Shown in pieces: positions 32,059 to 41,798 of a stretch of 64,000 nucleotides of DNA. The stretch's first letter is position 1. Each line of letters opens with the position of its first letter. This stretch comes from an uncultured Acidimicrobiaceae bacterium. GTDB lineage: Bacteria; Actinomycetota; Acidimicrobiia; Acidimicrobiales; Palsa-688. The notes under the pieces were generated by a model. The model had not been told where the DNA came from, ran no database searches, and was given only the letters and a program-made list of their open reading frames with translations. The DNA lies in assembly GCA_963845605.1 (NCBI GenBank), contig CAWJSS010000002.1, forward strand, positions 343,018 through 407,017. Reading direction: 5' to 3'. The translations under genes and the position numbers were made by a program.

Positions 32059-33574
32059 CCGTAGTGGTCGTCTTCACCGTGGGTACGGTGGACGTGGTCA
32101 CTTTACGGACGTTTACCGGGAGCACGGGTTCCACTTTCGGAGGGCTGGGTAGTGCCCGGGGCGGGAGCCGGTCATTTGTGGGCTCGGTGGCGACAGGGGT
32201 GGCAAACGCCTGGTTCAACAAGTCGGTGGCGGTTTCAGTGGGGTTGTAGCCGTTCATGACGACCGCCAGCATGGTGCGATTGTCCCGGGTGGCCGCGGCC
32301 ATAATGCACACGCCAGCGCGGTCGGTGAAGCCCGTTTTAATGCCGATCGCACCCGGGTATGTGTCCAGGAAGGCGAAGTTCATGCTGGGCAGCCAATGCA
32401 CCTTCCCTTTAGGGTCGACGAACCGGTAATTCTTTTCCTTCACAATTTGGGCCAGCTCTGGGACGCCCAGCAAGTCCCGTCCGGCTATGGCCATGTCGCG
32501 CGCGCTGACGAGGTTGCCGTCCTCGAACCCCAATGGCCCGTCGAGGCCCGCCGGGTCGTGGAAAACAGGGTCATCAGCCATCCCTATTTGCCCAGCCGAA
32601 CGTTCCATCACCGGTGCGAACCCCCTGAGCGTACCGCTGATCCTGTCCGCGATGGCATAAGCGGCGTCATTGGCTGAAAATACCAACAGGGATTGCAGCA
32701 CTTCTGGCAGCGGCCACGCCACGCCCTTTTCGATCCCCACCTGGTTGGGGTAGACGTTCTCGGACACCGTGGTCCCTGGCACGCCGTCCTTGGGCGACAG
32801 ATAAGTGATGGCGATGAGGGCGGTCAGGACCTTGGTCAGGCTGGCCGGCGACAGCCGGAGGTGCTCGTTATAACCGGCCAGGACGTTACCAGTGTCCACA
32901 TCGACCAGGACGTACGACACGGCGTGCGGGACCGGGATGGACACGGGTCGCGACGTCGGCTTGGGCCCTTTGGTGGTTGGGAGCAGCGTGGTAGGGACCA
33001 CAGTCGTCACCACTCTGGTAGTCACGGGCTCGCTGGTTACGGGCTTGCTGGTTACGGGCTTGCTGGTCACAGGCTTGCTGGTTACGGGCTTGCTGGTTAC
33101 GGGCTTGCTGGTCACAGGCTTGCTGGTCACGGGCTTGACGGCAGCCTTGCTAGCCACCAGTTTGCGCCGGGCTCCCTTCCGTGGCCCGATGGCCGTGGAG
33201 GAACTACCTCCGCTCGCTGATTCACCGCCTGCGGGCGCGGCCGCCGGCGTGCCCGCTGTCCGGGCGTTCGCTTGGCGTTCCCCGGTGCCGACCGAGACCA
33301 GCAGCACGACCACGGCGAGGGCGGCGGTCACCGGAAGCCCGACCCATCGGAACAGGAACACCCGCCGACGCCGGGGAGAGCGCCGCCCATGGCGCTGTGG
33401 GCGCCGCGGCGTGGGCCGGACGTGCTGGCCACGCGTTGACGAACGGGGACGGGTATCACTACCGATCGACCGACCATAGTGGAACCGGGCCAGGGGGCCA
33501 GTGACCGCGGTTTGCCGGCCTTCTTGGCTGTTGTCCGGTGACGATGCGGTCGACCAGGGACGAGCCGCCGTCAC
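31970..33574 (-). CDS. D-alanyl-D-alanine carboxypeptidase (S11 penicillin-binding protein); start and C-terminal tail uncertain
   Basis: SxxK ([11 protein letters not shown]), SxN ([11 protein letters not shown]) and KTG (IKTGFT) boxes, a membrane/signal segment ([19 protein letters not shown]), and a KPVTS x7 linker. The only ATG is at 33574. An internal GTG (RRR-V-FLF, ~33370) is an alternative start. The last 29 codons overlap the convergent nucleoside hydrolase gene. Confidence 0.78.
   Translation of the reverse strand: MTAARPWSTASSPDNSQEGRQTAVTGPLARFHYGRSIGSDTRPRSSTRGQHVRPTPRRPQRHGRRSPRRRRVFLFRWVGLPVTAALAVVVLLVSVGTGERQANARTAGTPAAAPAGGESASGGSSSTAIGPRKGARRKLVASKAAVKPVTSKPVTSKPVTSKPVTSKPVTSKPVTSKPVTSEPVTTRVVTTVVPTTLLPTTKGPKPTSRPVSIPVPHAVSYVLVDVDTGNVLAGYNEHLRLSPASLTKVLTALIAITYLSPKDGVPGTTVSENVYPNQVGIEKGVAWPLPEVLQSLLVFSANDAAYAIADRISGTLRGFAPVMERSAGQIGMADDPVFHDPAGLDGPLGFEDGNLVSARDMAIAGRDLLGVPELAQIVKEKNYRFVDPKGKVHWLPSMNFAFLDTYPGAIGIKTGFTDRAGVCIMAAATRDNRTMLAVVMNGYNPTETATDLLNQAFATPVATEPTNDRLPPRALPSPPKVEPVLPVNVRKVTTSTVPTVKTTTTVKCAKAAGAPARGNRQESPGPHCNSRQAA
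33026..33135. repeat. 15-nt tandem repeat, ~7 units (gggcttgctggttac), in frame inside the carboxypeptidase gene
   Basis: Seven consecutive 15-mers from 33026, plus a degenerate eighth. They encode (KPVTS)7 on the minus strand. Confidence 0.9.
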
Positions 33575-33642
33575 GCATCACTGGCTCGGCGGGTGCCTTA
33601 TATGGAGTGCGGGCGCGGCGCTGCACGCGCGACCATGGCCCG

Positions 33643-34893
33643 ATGGCACCATTAGATGGAAACGCAGGAGATGGCGGTTCGGCGGGGGGGGCTTCGAGAG
33701 GGCGCATCTCGGCTCGCATCGCCGCCGTGGCGGAGTCAGCCACTCTTGCCATCGACGGCAAAGCCAAGGCCCTGAAAGCGGCGGGCGAGGACGTTGTTGG
33801 TTTTGGCGCAGGAGAGCCCGATTTCCCGACGCCGCCGCATATCGTCGAAGCGGCCGTCGACGCATGCCGAGACCCGAAGAACCACCGGTACACGCCCGCC
33901 CCCGGGCTGCCTGAACTGCGGGAGGCGATCGTCGCGAAAACCAGGCGCGACACCGATTTTTCGGTAGCGGCGGCCCAGGTAATCGTGACCAATGGGGGCA
34001 AGCAGGCCGTCTTGGAGGCGTTCGCCACCCTGCTTGACCCGGGGGACGAAGTCCTGATGCCGGCGCCGTACTGGACCACATACCCCGAGGCGATCCGCCT
34101 GGCCGGCGGGGTGCCCGTCGAAGTGCCCACTTCCCCCGAGAGCGGATACAAGGTTTCTCTCGCTCAGCTGGAGGAGGCACTCACGCCACGGACGAAGGTC
34201 CTCCTGTTCGTCTCCCCCTCCAACCCGACCGGCGCGGTGTACACGGAATGGGAAATCGCCGCCATCGGTGCCTGGGCCGACGAACGGGGTGTGTGGGTCG
34301 TCACCGATGAGATCTACGAGCACCTCGTGTACGGCTCGGCCCGGATGCACTCGATGCCAGCGCTCGTGCCGGAACTAGCCGACCGTTGCATCGTCGTGAA
34401 CGGCGTGGCCAAAACGTACGCCATGACGGGGTGGCGGGTGGGTTGGCTCATCGCGCCACCAGATGCGGCCAAGGCGGCAGCCAACCTCCAGAGCCACGCC
34501 ACCTCGAACGTATGCAACGTGGCCCAGCGGGCGGCGCTGGCCGCCGTGTCCGGTCCTTTAGATGACGTCGCCCACATGAGGAGCGTCTACGACCGCCGCC
34601 GGCGGGCCATCGTCGCGGCGCTGTCGGAACTCCCGGGGGTTGTGTGCCCCGAACCTGAGGGGGCGTTCTACGCCTTCCCGAGCTTCGCCGGTGTGCTCGG
34701 CCAGCCGGTGGGGCCAAACCGGCGGGTCCCCACGACCACGCTGGAGCTGGCCGAATTGGTGCTCGAAGAGGCGAAGGTGGCCTTCGTGCCCGGGGAGGCG
34801 TTCGGGGCGCCGGGCTGCGGGCGCTTCTCCTACGCGTTGGCGGACGAGGACCTGGCTGAAGGGATGGCCCGGCTGTCCAAGTTCTTCAGCTAG
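33643..34893 (+). CDS. aspartate aminotransferase (class I PLP aminotransferase)
   Basis: Contains [17 protein letters not shown] and the PLP lysine context [19 protein letters not shown] 33643 is chosen because the track start at 33538 overlaps the divergent upstream region. Confidence 0.88.
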   Translation: MAPLDGNAGDGGSAGGASRGRISARIAAVAESATLAIDGKAKALKAAGEDVVGFGAGEPDFPTPPHIVEAAVDACRDPKNHRYTPAPGLPELREAIVAKTRRDTDFSVAAAQVIVTNGGKQAVLEAFATLLDPGDEVLMPAPYWTTYPEAIRLAGGVPVEVPTSPESGYKVSLAQLEEALTPRTKVLLFVSPSNPTGAVYTEWEIAAIGAWADERGVWVVTDEIYEHLVYGSARMHSMPALVPELADRCIVVNGVAKTYAMTGWRVGWLIAPPDAAKAAANLQSHATSNVCNVAQRAALAAVSGPLDDVAHMRSVYDRRRRAIVAALSELPGVVCPEPEGAFYAFPSFAGVLGQPVGPNRRVPTTTLELAELVLEEAKVAFVPGEAFGAPGCGRFSYALADEDLAEGMARLSKFFS

Positions 34894-34932
34894 CCGGGCC
34901 TGCACGGGCCCGGGTCGGTCCTTTAGGTCTCT

Positions 34933-36063
34933 TTAGGTCGGCTGAGGCGGGTTGCCTCGGCCCTCGAGCAGCGGGGCGCTCGGTTGCCGGGCGGTCCCAC
35001 CGATGCCAGCGTTGGCGCCTGCTTCTTCACGGGCCGGACTGTGCGGGGCCGGACTGTGCGGGGCCGGACTGTGCGGGGCCTCCGGGGTGGCCCCCCCCGT
35101 CCCAGTCCTTCGCCGCTTCCATGCGATACCCGACAGCGCCTCCAGTACGACCCGGTTCGCCAGGTACGCCGTGACCTCGGCATGGTCATACGGCGGGGAG
35201 ACTTCCACAACGTCGAGACCGGCCAGCGGCAGTTCCATGGCGCAGCGGCGGACGGCGTCGAGGAGTTCGCGGGAGGTGAAGCCACCCGGCTCGGGTGTGC
35301 CGGTACCAGGCGCCATTCCCGGGTCGACGACGTCGATGTCGACCGAGAGGAACACACCATCGCAACCGTTCACGGCCAGTTCGAACACTTCGTCGAGGCA
35401 CGGCCCAAGCCCCCGGTGGCACACTTCAGCCATCTCGTAGCTGCGCATGCCCTGGGTAGCCATCCAGTCGAGGATCTCGGGGTCAGGCCAATACCCTCGC
35501 AGGCCGATCTGGAAGAACCGTTCTCCCCGCACCGCTCCTGACTCGATAAGGCGGCGCATGGGTGTGCCGTGACCGTAAAGCGAACCGAATTGTGTGTTGG
35601 CGGTATCGGCATGGGCGTCGAAGTGGACCAGCGCCAGCCGTCCCCAGCCGACGTGGCGAGCCACGCCAGTGGCGTCGGGAAAGGTGATCGAATGGTCGCC
35701 TCCGAGCACCACCGGGAGAGAGCCGGTCCGCGCTATCGCAGTCACAGCCTCCTCCAGCCGTCCGAGCGATTTTTCTATTTCCCCCGGGAGCATTTGCACG
35801 TCGCCAACGTCCACCACTGCCAGCTCGGTCAAGGGGTCGACCCCGAGCGCCAGGTGGGGACGCATGCCGTCATGAGCCAGATAGTCAGTGAAGCGGATGG
35901 CCTGCGGCCCGAAGCGGGCGCCCGGACGGTGGGAGGTCCCCCCGTCGAAGGGTGCACCCACGATGACGGCGCCGGCGCCGCTGAAGCTCTCCGGATCCTC
36001 GAGGTCGGCAGCCGGTACGCCGGCGAAGGTGGCGTTCGGGCCGTACATGTTGCCCAACCTCAT
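34933..36063 (-). CDS. speB: agmatinase / ureohydrolase family protein with C-terminal low-complexity extension
   Basis: Mn-binding motifs LVHFDAHADT, GGDHSITFP and LSVDIDVVDPGMAPGTGTPEPGG. ATG 36063 (MRLGNMYGPNATFAGVP) fits family N-termini. About 60 extra C-terminal residues include HSPAP x3. The exact substrate (agmatine or another guanidino compound) cannot be told from sequence. Confidence 0.82.
   Translation of the reverse strand: MRLGNMYGPNATFAGVPAADLEDPESFSGAGAVIVGAPFDGGTSHRPGARFGPQAIRFTDYLAHDGMRPHLALGVDPLTELAVVDVGDVQMLPGEIEKSLGRLEEAVTAIARTGSLPVVLGGDHSITFPDATGVARHVGWGRLALVHFDAHADTANTQFGSLYGHGTPMRRLIESGAVRGERFFQIGLRGYWPDPEILDWMATQGMRSYEMAEVCHRGLGPCLDEVFELAVNGCDGVFLSVDIDVVDPGMAPGTGTPEPGGFTSRELLDAVRRCAMELPLAGLDVVEVSPPYDHAEVTAYLANRVVLEALSGIAWKRRRTGTGGATPEAPHSPAPHSPAPHSPAREEAGANAGIGGTARQPSAPLLEGRGNPPQPT
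35031..35075. repeat. 15-nt tandem repeat x3 (gggccggactgtgcg), perfect, inside the agmatinase 3' extension
   Basis: Three identical 15-mers read directly, with a fourth degenerate unit following. Confidence 0.9.
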
Positions 36064-36246
36064 GCCGGCGAGGCTACTGTGCCGACCTCGAGGTCGCCAG
36101 GAGTGCCGGCGGCCGGTGAAGGCGGGGGTAGGCGGGGCAAAGAGGACCAAAGGGCGGCCAAAGAGGCCCATGGAGTGGTCAAAGAGGGCCATGGAGTGGT
36201 CAAGAAGGCCAAAGGGGGGCCATTCTCGGCGCGTTAATTGCCTTTC

Positions 36247-36291
36247 GGCGTGATTTTTGCTGAAAATCGACAGTTATCGCGCCGAGAGCCG
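36247..36291. repeat. 45-bp dispersed intergenic repeat, copy B (partner at 13206-13250), embedded in an inverted repeat
   Basis: See copy A. It is flanked by tctcggcgcg (36224-36233) and its complement cgcgccgaga (36278-36287). A second cgcgccgagag occurs at 36297-36307. Confidence 0.75.
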
Positions 36292-36309
36292 CGAACCGCG
36301 CCGAGAGTC

Positions 36310-36420
36310 CCCCGGCGCCGCCCGCCAGGCATTTGCAGCGAAAAGACGGCCCCGGCGCCGCCCGCCAGGCATTTGCGGCGAAAAGACGGCCCCGCGCCCC
36401 CACGCCAGGCATTTGCGGCC
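36310..36420. repeat. 40-bp tandem repeat (~2.7 units) carrying GGCATTTGC-NNN-GAAAAGACGG motifs
   Basis: GGCATTTGC occurs at 36328, 36368 and 36408 (period 40), and again at 36463 and 36557. Four of the five copies (all but 36408) are followed by GAAAA and ACG. All lie in the 529-bp spacer between the decarboxylase and agmatinase genes. Confidence 0.85.
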
Positions 36421-36591
36421 AGTACCCTACCCGCCGAGCTCACCGAAGCTCCCCCGAGGGCCGGCATTTGCGGCGAAAAGACGACCCCGGAGCCGAGAAC
36501 TAGGTAATTGTGGCCGGCACAGCGCACCGAGCTTATTGAAACGCCCAGAGTAGATCGGCATTTGCCATGAAAACGCACGCCGCACCGTGCG

Positions 36592-37939
36592 TCACGCGAT
36601 GGTGCCCAAAACCTCACGCACTATTTCTTCGGTGGTCCCCGGGTGCAAGAAAATTAGCCGGGCCACGGTGTCGCCCTCCCATTTTGTGGGGGTCACGAAG
36701 GCGATCTGCTCGTCGAGCAACCCGGCCGACCACCTCTGGTAGTCCTCGGCCTCCCACCCTCTCCGTCGGAACAGCACTATGGACAGGCCCGGCTCGCGCA
36801 CTAATTCCAGCCGAGGTTCCTCGGTGATCAGCCGCGCTGTCACCTGGGCCATCGAGAGGGCGGCGTCCACCGCCGCGGAATAGGCCTCTGTCCCACTGAC
36901 TACCAGCGAGTACCACAGCGGCAAGCCCCTGGCTCGCCTGGTCAGGTGATAGGCGTAATCACTCGGGTTCCACTCGTCGCCGGCGCCCGTGTGGATCGGG
37001 TCGAGGTAGGACGCATGTTGGGCGTGTACGGCTTTCGCCAGCGCCGGCTCCCGGTAGAGAAGACCTGCGCAGTCAAACGGCGCGAAGAGCCACTTGTGGG
37101 GGTCCACTACGAACGAATCGGCGTGCTCTGACCCCCGGAAAAGCGCCCTCACCGGCTCGGATTTCGACAACAGGGCGGCTCCTCCGTAGGCCGCATCGAC
37201 GTGGAACCAAAGCCCCCGCCGCCGGCACACCTCCGCCACCCCGGCCAGGTCGTCAACGATCCCGGCGTTGGTTGTCCCGGCCGTGGCCACCACCGCGACC
37301 ACGTCCGACGGGTCGGCATCAGCCTGCAACGCCGCCTCGAGGCCCTCACCGGTCAAACGGTGCCCGGGACACTCCACGACGAGGACGCCGGCCCCGATCA
37401 CGTGCAACGCTTTGCTCACCGAAGAATGGGCATCCTGGCTCACAGCCTATCCGCACATCGCGCCCGCCCAGGCGCGCCCGCCCTTTATCCCTGGCCACCA
37501 CTAACGCCGACAAGTTGGCTGCCGAACCCCCGGACACGAAGCAGCCGCCCGCCTGAGCGGGCATGCCGGCCTGGTCGGCGAGGAACCTGAGGGCCTGGTT
37601 CTCGGCCATGACCGCGCCTCCGGCTTCGAGCCACGAAGTGCCCTGAAGGGAGGACGCTGACACGACCATGTCGAACAGGAGCGCCGCCTTTGTCGGGGCC
37701 GCCGGTACAAACGCCAGGAACCTGGGGCTATCGCAGGAAATGACCGACGTGACGATGCGATCGGCAAATAACGACAGTATTTCGACGGGGTCTCTACCTT
37801 GAGGGCTTATCAGGCCGGCAAATGCCTGCTCCAGGACCGCTTTTGGCACCGGGTGGTCGAGCGGTACCGGGTCCAGGGACAACCTTTCGCGGCAGTAGCT
37901 AAAGACGGCTTCGGCCATAGCCGGTTCATAAACGAACAT
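36592..37939 (-). pseudogene. PLP-dependent group II decarboxylase, with a frameshift at ~37446
   Basis: The N-terminal ORF (37346..37939: ...CDSPRFLAFVPAAPT...GGCFVSGGSAANLSALVVAR...) and C-terminal ORF (36592..37443: VSQDAHSSVSKAL...FHVDAAYGGAALL...DPHKWLFAPFDCAGLL) are two halves of one decarboxylase. Removing one G from cgg-ata-g-gct-gtg on the coding strand joins them as ...VRIAVSQDAHSS. Confidence 0.8.
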
Positions 37940-37948
37940 ATGGCTGCT

Positions 37949-39043
37949 TCAGTCGAGACGGCCCAAAAGGTCGACATGGCCCTGATCGGGCATGGCCGTC
38001 AGCGACAGGATCTCCTCGTCGTCAAGGGCACCCTCGTGGCCGATGACCGACAGCTGGTACCCGAGAGCCCGAAGCATGGCCAGGTACCGCTTGGCATTTC
38101 CCCACGGCGAGGTGTCGAGCGCCAGCGGATAAAACTCGCTGACGAGCAGGGGCCGGCTCTCTGAGATCGTCCGGGTAGCACCCCTAAGGACGAGCGGTTC
38201 GGCCCCCTCGACGTCGATTTTGATGGCGTCCACCCGGTTTGCCCCCACCTCGTTGAGAACGGTGTCGAGCGGGTACGTGGCCACGACAAAACTTGCTTCC
38301 ACAGCCTGTGCCGGCGGCCCGTCGACCGGGATCAGGCGCCCGTTGCTGCCGTCGGTTTCCAGAGCGGCGGCCCCGGGGCGCTCCCCAAGGGCTACGGCGA
38401 CGACGTCGATATTGTCGAAACCGTTGTCTTTGGCGCTCTCTCTGAGCAAGGCCACATTGCGGGGGTTCGGTTCTATGGCGATGACGCGGCCCGTGGGGCC
38501 GACCAGGGAGGCGGCGAGGAGGCTGAACCAGCCAATGTTTGCCCCGATGTCGACGAACGTGGCCCCCGGCGCGATCAGCTGCCGGAGCGTGGCCGAGACC
38601 TCGGGTTCGTAGCTGCCCGTCCGGGCCACCGTGTGGCCCACCGCATAGTCCGCCGGGTCGACTCGTATGAGAAAACCCTCGCAAGTGTTCACGGTCTCAC
38701 CTGTGAACGACTCTCCCGCCGGCCGTTCCACTTGCCTGCGAGCGAACTCGACGCTCCCCAAGAACTCAGAAACCAGCTCTCCGAGAGTTACTTTCCCCAC
38801 TCCCAGGCGGTGGCGGTAGTGGGCCAACCCGTCAGCGTCCGGTTGACGCCCGAGTAGCAGCCTGTAGCACGCGATTACGTCACTCAGCGTGGCGTTGCCG
38901 TCGCCCTCTCCGGCCGTCCGGGTCGCCTTTTCGGGCCACCCGGCGCGGGGACGGCGCGCCGCCATTCCGGCCGCGGCTGCGTCGAGCGCCCTCTCGATGG
39001 CCAGGTAAGATTTGACCAGTAGTTGGTTGGCCGTTTTCTGCAC
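37949..39043 (-). CDS. FkbM-family methyltransferase with N-terminal DUF4214-like segment
   Basis: FkbM core FVDIGANIGWFSLLAA...VIAIEPNPRN...IDAIKIDVEGAE. The upstream IACYRLLLGRQPDADGLAHYRHRL resembles DUF4214. The GTG at 39043 is a plausible start (ATG 38965 is an alternative). The longer track ORF overlaps the divergent GT4 gene. Confidence 0.72.
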   Translation of the reverse strand: MQKTANQLLVKSYLAIERALDAAAAGMAARRPRAGWPEKATRTAGEGDGNATLSDVIACYRLLLGRQPDADGLAHYRHRLGVGKVTLGELVSEFLGSVEFARRQVERPAGESFTGETVNTCEGFLIRVDPADYAVGHTVARTGSYEPEVSATLRQLIAPGATFVDIGANIGWFSLLAASLVGPTGRVIAIEPNPRNVALLRESAKDNGFDNIDVVAVALGERPGAAALETDGSNGRLIPVDGPPAQAVEASFVVATYPLDTVLNEVGANRVDAIKIDVEGAEPLVLRGATRTISESRPLLVSEFYPLALDTSPWGNAKRYLAMLRALGYQLSVIGHEGALDDEEILSLTAMPDQGHVDLLGRLD

Positions 39044-39191
39044 GCCGTCAGGTGGACGAACTCGCTGAGGAGGCACGTCGCCTGAAGTCCCATCAAGGCG
39101 GCTAGCAGGCACCGCGGCTATGCTACCGCCCGTGATGGCCAGGATTGAGGGACGCTCGCAACTGGTAGACGAAGACGTGGCTTGGCGGACA

Positions 39192-40423
39192 ATGAAGCGC
39201 CGCATTGCGTTTGTGACGCCTCGCTTCGGCGCGGAGATTGTCGGCGGGGCCGAGGCGGTAGCGCGAGATACCGCACTTGGCCTGGCCGGACGGGGTTGGG
39301 AAGTCGAAATCCTGACAACTTGCGCCGTGAACCCGTACACCTGGGCCAACGAGTTGCCTGAGGGTGCTCAGGAGGATAGCGGCCTACTGGTGAGACGCTT
39401 CGCCAACGTGCTGGCGACCAGCGCCAGTGAGGAGCACCGCGTCCACGGCAACATCTACTACGGCCAACCGACCACGCTCGACGAGGAAGTCACGTGGCTG
39501 AACGCGCTGTTCCGTACGCCCGGGATGTTCCAGGCGTTGCTCAGAGAGCGGGACAGCTTCGATGCCGTCGTTTTTGCCCCTTACCTCTTCTGGAACACGA
39601 CGGTGTGCATGCCCATCGTCGCCGACCGGGCCGTCGTCATGCCCTGCCTGCACGACGAGGCTTACGCCCATCTCGGCGTGATGCGCCACGTGCTGTCGCT
39701 GCCGGCTTCGGTTTGGTTCCTGTCCGGTCCCGAGCACGACCTCGCCCACAGGTTGGGGCCCGTCGCGCCCAACCACAGCGTCATCGGGTCGGGGATGGAC
39801 GTACCCAAGCAATACGCGCCCGAAGACTTCCGTGAGGAGTATGGCATTGACGAACCGTTCATCCTGTACGTCGGCCGCCGCGAGGCCGACAAGGGGTGGC
39901 CGTGGCTGGTCGATGTTTTCGCCTCGACCAAGACCCACCTCAAACTGGTCAGCGCCGGAGCTGGCCACCCTGACGTGCCGCCCAGGCTGCGCGGTCGCGT
40001 TATCGACGTCGGGTACCTGACCCCTGAGCAACGAAATAGCGCCTTGGCCGCCGCCCTGGCGTACGCTCAGCCGAGCCTGATGGAGAGCTATTCACGGACC
40101 ACGATGGAGTCCTGGCTGGCGGGCCGGCCGGTGCTGGTCCGCCGAGGCAGCGCTGTCGTCGAATGGCACTGCTCGCGCTGCGACGGTGGCCTGGCTCGTT
40201 CGCCAACTCGTTGGAACTGGGAAAACACCTGGCCAGGTTTGAGGCGAACCCGAAGGCGGCCAGCGAAATGGGACAGCGGGGCCGCACATACGTCATGGAG
40301 AACTACCAATGGTCTCAGGTGCTCGACCGCATGGAACGAGACATCATGACGTTCGCCAAACGCGCCGCAAGCGCCGCTTCCAATGGCCATGCCGCTGCGG
40401 GGGGCAACGGACGTGCCCTGTAG
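39192..40423 (+). pseudogene. GT4-family (GT-B) glycosyltransferase, with a 1-nt deletion near 40196-40200
   Basis: N-terminus MKRRIAFVTPRFGAEIVGGAE, then ...ESYSRTTMESWLAGRPVLVRRGSAVVEWHCSRCDGGLA. The conserved C-terminus (FANSLELGKHLARFEANPKAASEMGQRGRTYVMENYQWSQVLDRME) continues in ORF 40163..40423 in another frame. Confidence 0.8.
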
Positions 40424-40464
40424 ATCCCATCGGCAGCAGGCCCCGGTATCGCGGTTCTCGGTAG

Positions 40465-40491
40465 GATCGCGGCCCCTCAGGGGCCGCGATC
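40465..40491. terminator. perfect 12-bp-stem palindrome GATCGCGGCCCC-TCA-GGGGCCGCGATC between convergent genes (a second copy lies at 63482-63507)
   Basis: Read directly. It lies between the GT4 stop (40423) and the GT2 stop (40540). There is no U-tract, so it is either a bidirectional I-shaped terminator or a REP-like element. Confidence 0.5.
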
Positions 40492-40539
40492 TTACCTAGG
40501 TCGCGGAGTCTTTACCCTTTCGGCGATGAGCCGAGTGGG

Positions 40540-41761
40540 TTAGGGGTACTCGGGTTCGGCCGCGTCGACGCCGGCCCATCGCTCCCAAACCTGGCCCGGC
40601 GCCACGTCCCAGTGCCTCTCCATCTGACCGCGTGTGGCCAGTGCCCATGGCAGCAAGCGGGCGATGCCGGCCCGGACACCGCCATCAGGTCCGTTGCGGG
40701 TGCGGTCTCGCAACGCCTTGGCCACTAGCGGGCGTGGTCCGTTACGGACCATGGTCAGAGTCCGGTTGCGCTCTGACATGACCCGTACCCAGGGCCGGTG
40801 CTCGCCGCCAGAGCTGGCAGAATGGCGGTGCTGGACCGTAGCCGCAGGGTTGTACACGACGCGCCTGCCCGGCGAGCTGCGCCCGCCAGCACCAGTCGAT
40901 GTCTTCGTAATAGGCAAAGAACCGGCCGGCGAAGGGCCCGACCTGGGACCATTTCGCCTTCGTTGTCACAAAAGCACACCCTGACACGGCAAAACGGTCA
41001 GCAGCCTCATCGAACTGGCCGTCGTCGGGCGTGTTGGCGCCGATGTCGCCCCCGTAGCCTCTGTCGTCCAGGAACGAGCCGGCGCTGTTCACCAGGTGGA
41101 CCACGCGCCCGGGAGGTGCCGGCTCGCCGTTTACGACCACCTCGGCCCCGAAGCGAGAGCCGGGTAGCGGTACGTACCAGGGCCGTTGGCCCGCGGTCCA
41201 CCGCCAACGGCCATTGTCGGCCGATCCCTCGGCCCGGTAGAGCCCTGGGCCGACCGCGGCGTCGAGCAGTTCGGCGCCGTCGACGGTGATCGACTTCAGC
41301 TGGCGCCCGAGAGGGCGGTTGTCGCCCGGCGCGTACCACTCCTCGTCGGGGTACTGGACCTCGCGGTACCTGGTAGCGAGGACGATCTTGGGCCCGACGG
41401 CGGCCACGGACGGGTCCTTCAACGTCTCCGACGCCGTGGCCAGCCAGTCAGGGCCGGCAGTGGCGTCATCGTTGAGCAGGCCCACCAGTTCACCCGTGCA
41501 GGCAGCTACGCCGACGTTGACCGCGGGGGCAAAGCCTGTGTTGGACGGAAGCCGCAGCACCCTAGCCCCCACTTGCCAACCGAGCCGCGCCGCGCCGAAG
41601 CCCTTTGAGCCATTGTCTACGAGCACGACCTCGTCGGCCTGGCTGACCACAGACTTGAGGCACGAGAGCAGCCAGTCGCCCGGGCGGTACGAGACGACCA
41701 CGACGCTCGCGCTCACCTGGCCGCCACTCATCTGGCCGCTACTCATCTGGCCGCTGCTCAT
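40540..41761 (-). pseudogene. GT2-family glycosyltransferase, with a frameshift near 40858-40876
   Basis: The N-terminal ORF has SVVVVSYRPGDWLLSCLKSV, VLVDNGS, LLNDDA and FAYYEDIDWCWRAQLAG. The C-terminal ORF 40540..40917 continues RVVYNPAATVQHRHSASSG... in another frame. Confidence 0.8.
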
Positions 41762-41795
41762 CTGGCCGCACTCGTCTGGCCACTCGTCTGGCCGT
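41712..41795. repeat. ~15-nt tandem repeat (ctcatctggccgc..), ~6 units, spanning the GT2 start region
   Basis: Units of 15, 15, 15, 14 and 12 nt. On the coding strand they give three in-frame ATGs (41761, 41746, 41731) and a GTG (41716), reading MSSGQ-MSSGQ-MSGGQ-V. The repeat runs up to the stop of the upstream GT4 gene (41799-41801). Confidence 0.88.
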
Positions 41796-41798
41796 TCC

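Noticed and set aside
36310-36420. Possible CRISPR array (also considered for 20045-20297 and 43449-43541)
   Set aside because: The units abut each other or are separated by only ~10 nt of conserved sequence. There are no unique spacers of 25 nt or longer and no cas genes in the window. These are ordinary tandem repeats.
36234-36617. ORFs of 89-127 aa inside the 36-kb repeat spacer
   Set aside because: They are composed of translated repeats (…PPGICSEKTAP…, …RQAFAAKRRP…), open on both strands, with no start context. They are treated as non-coding.
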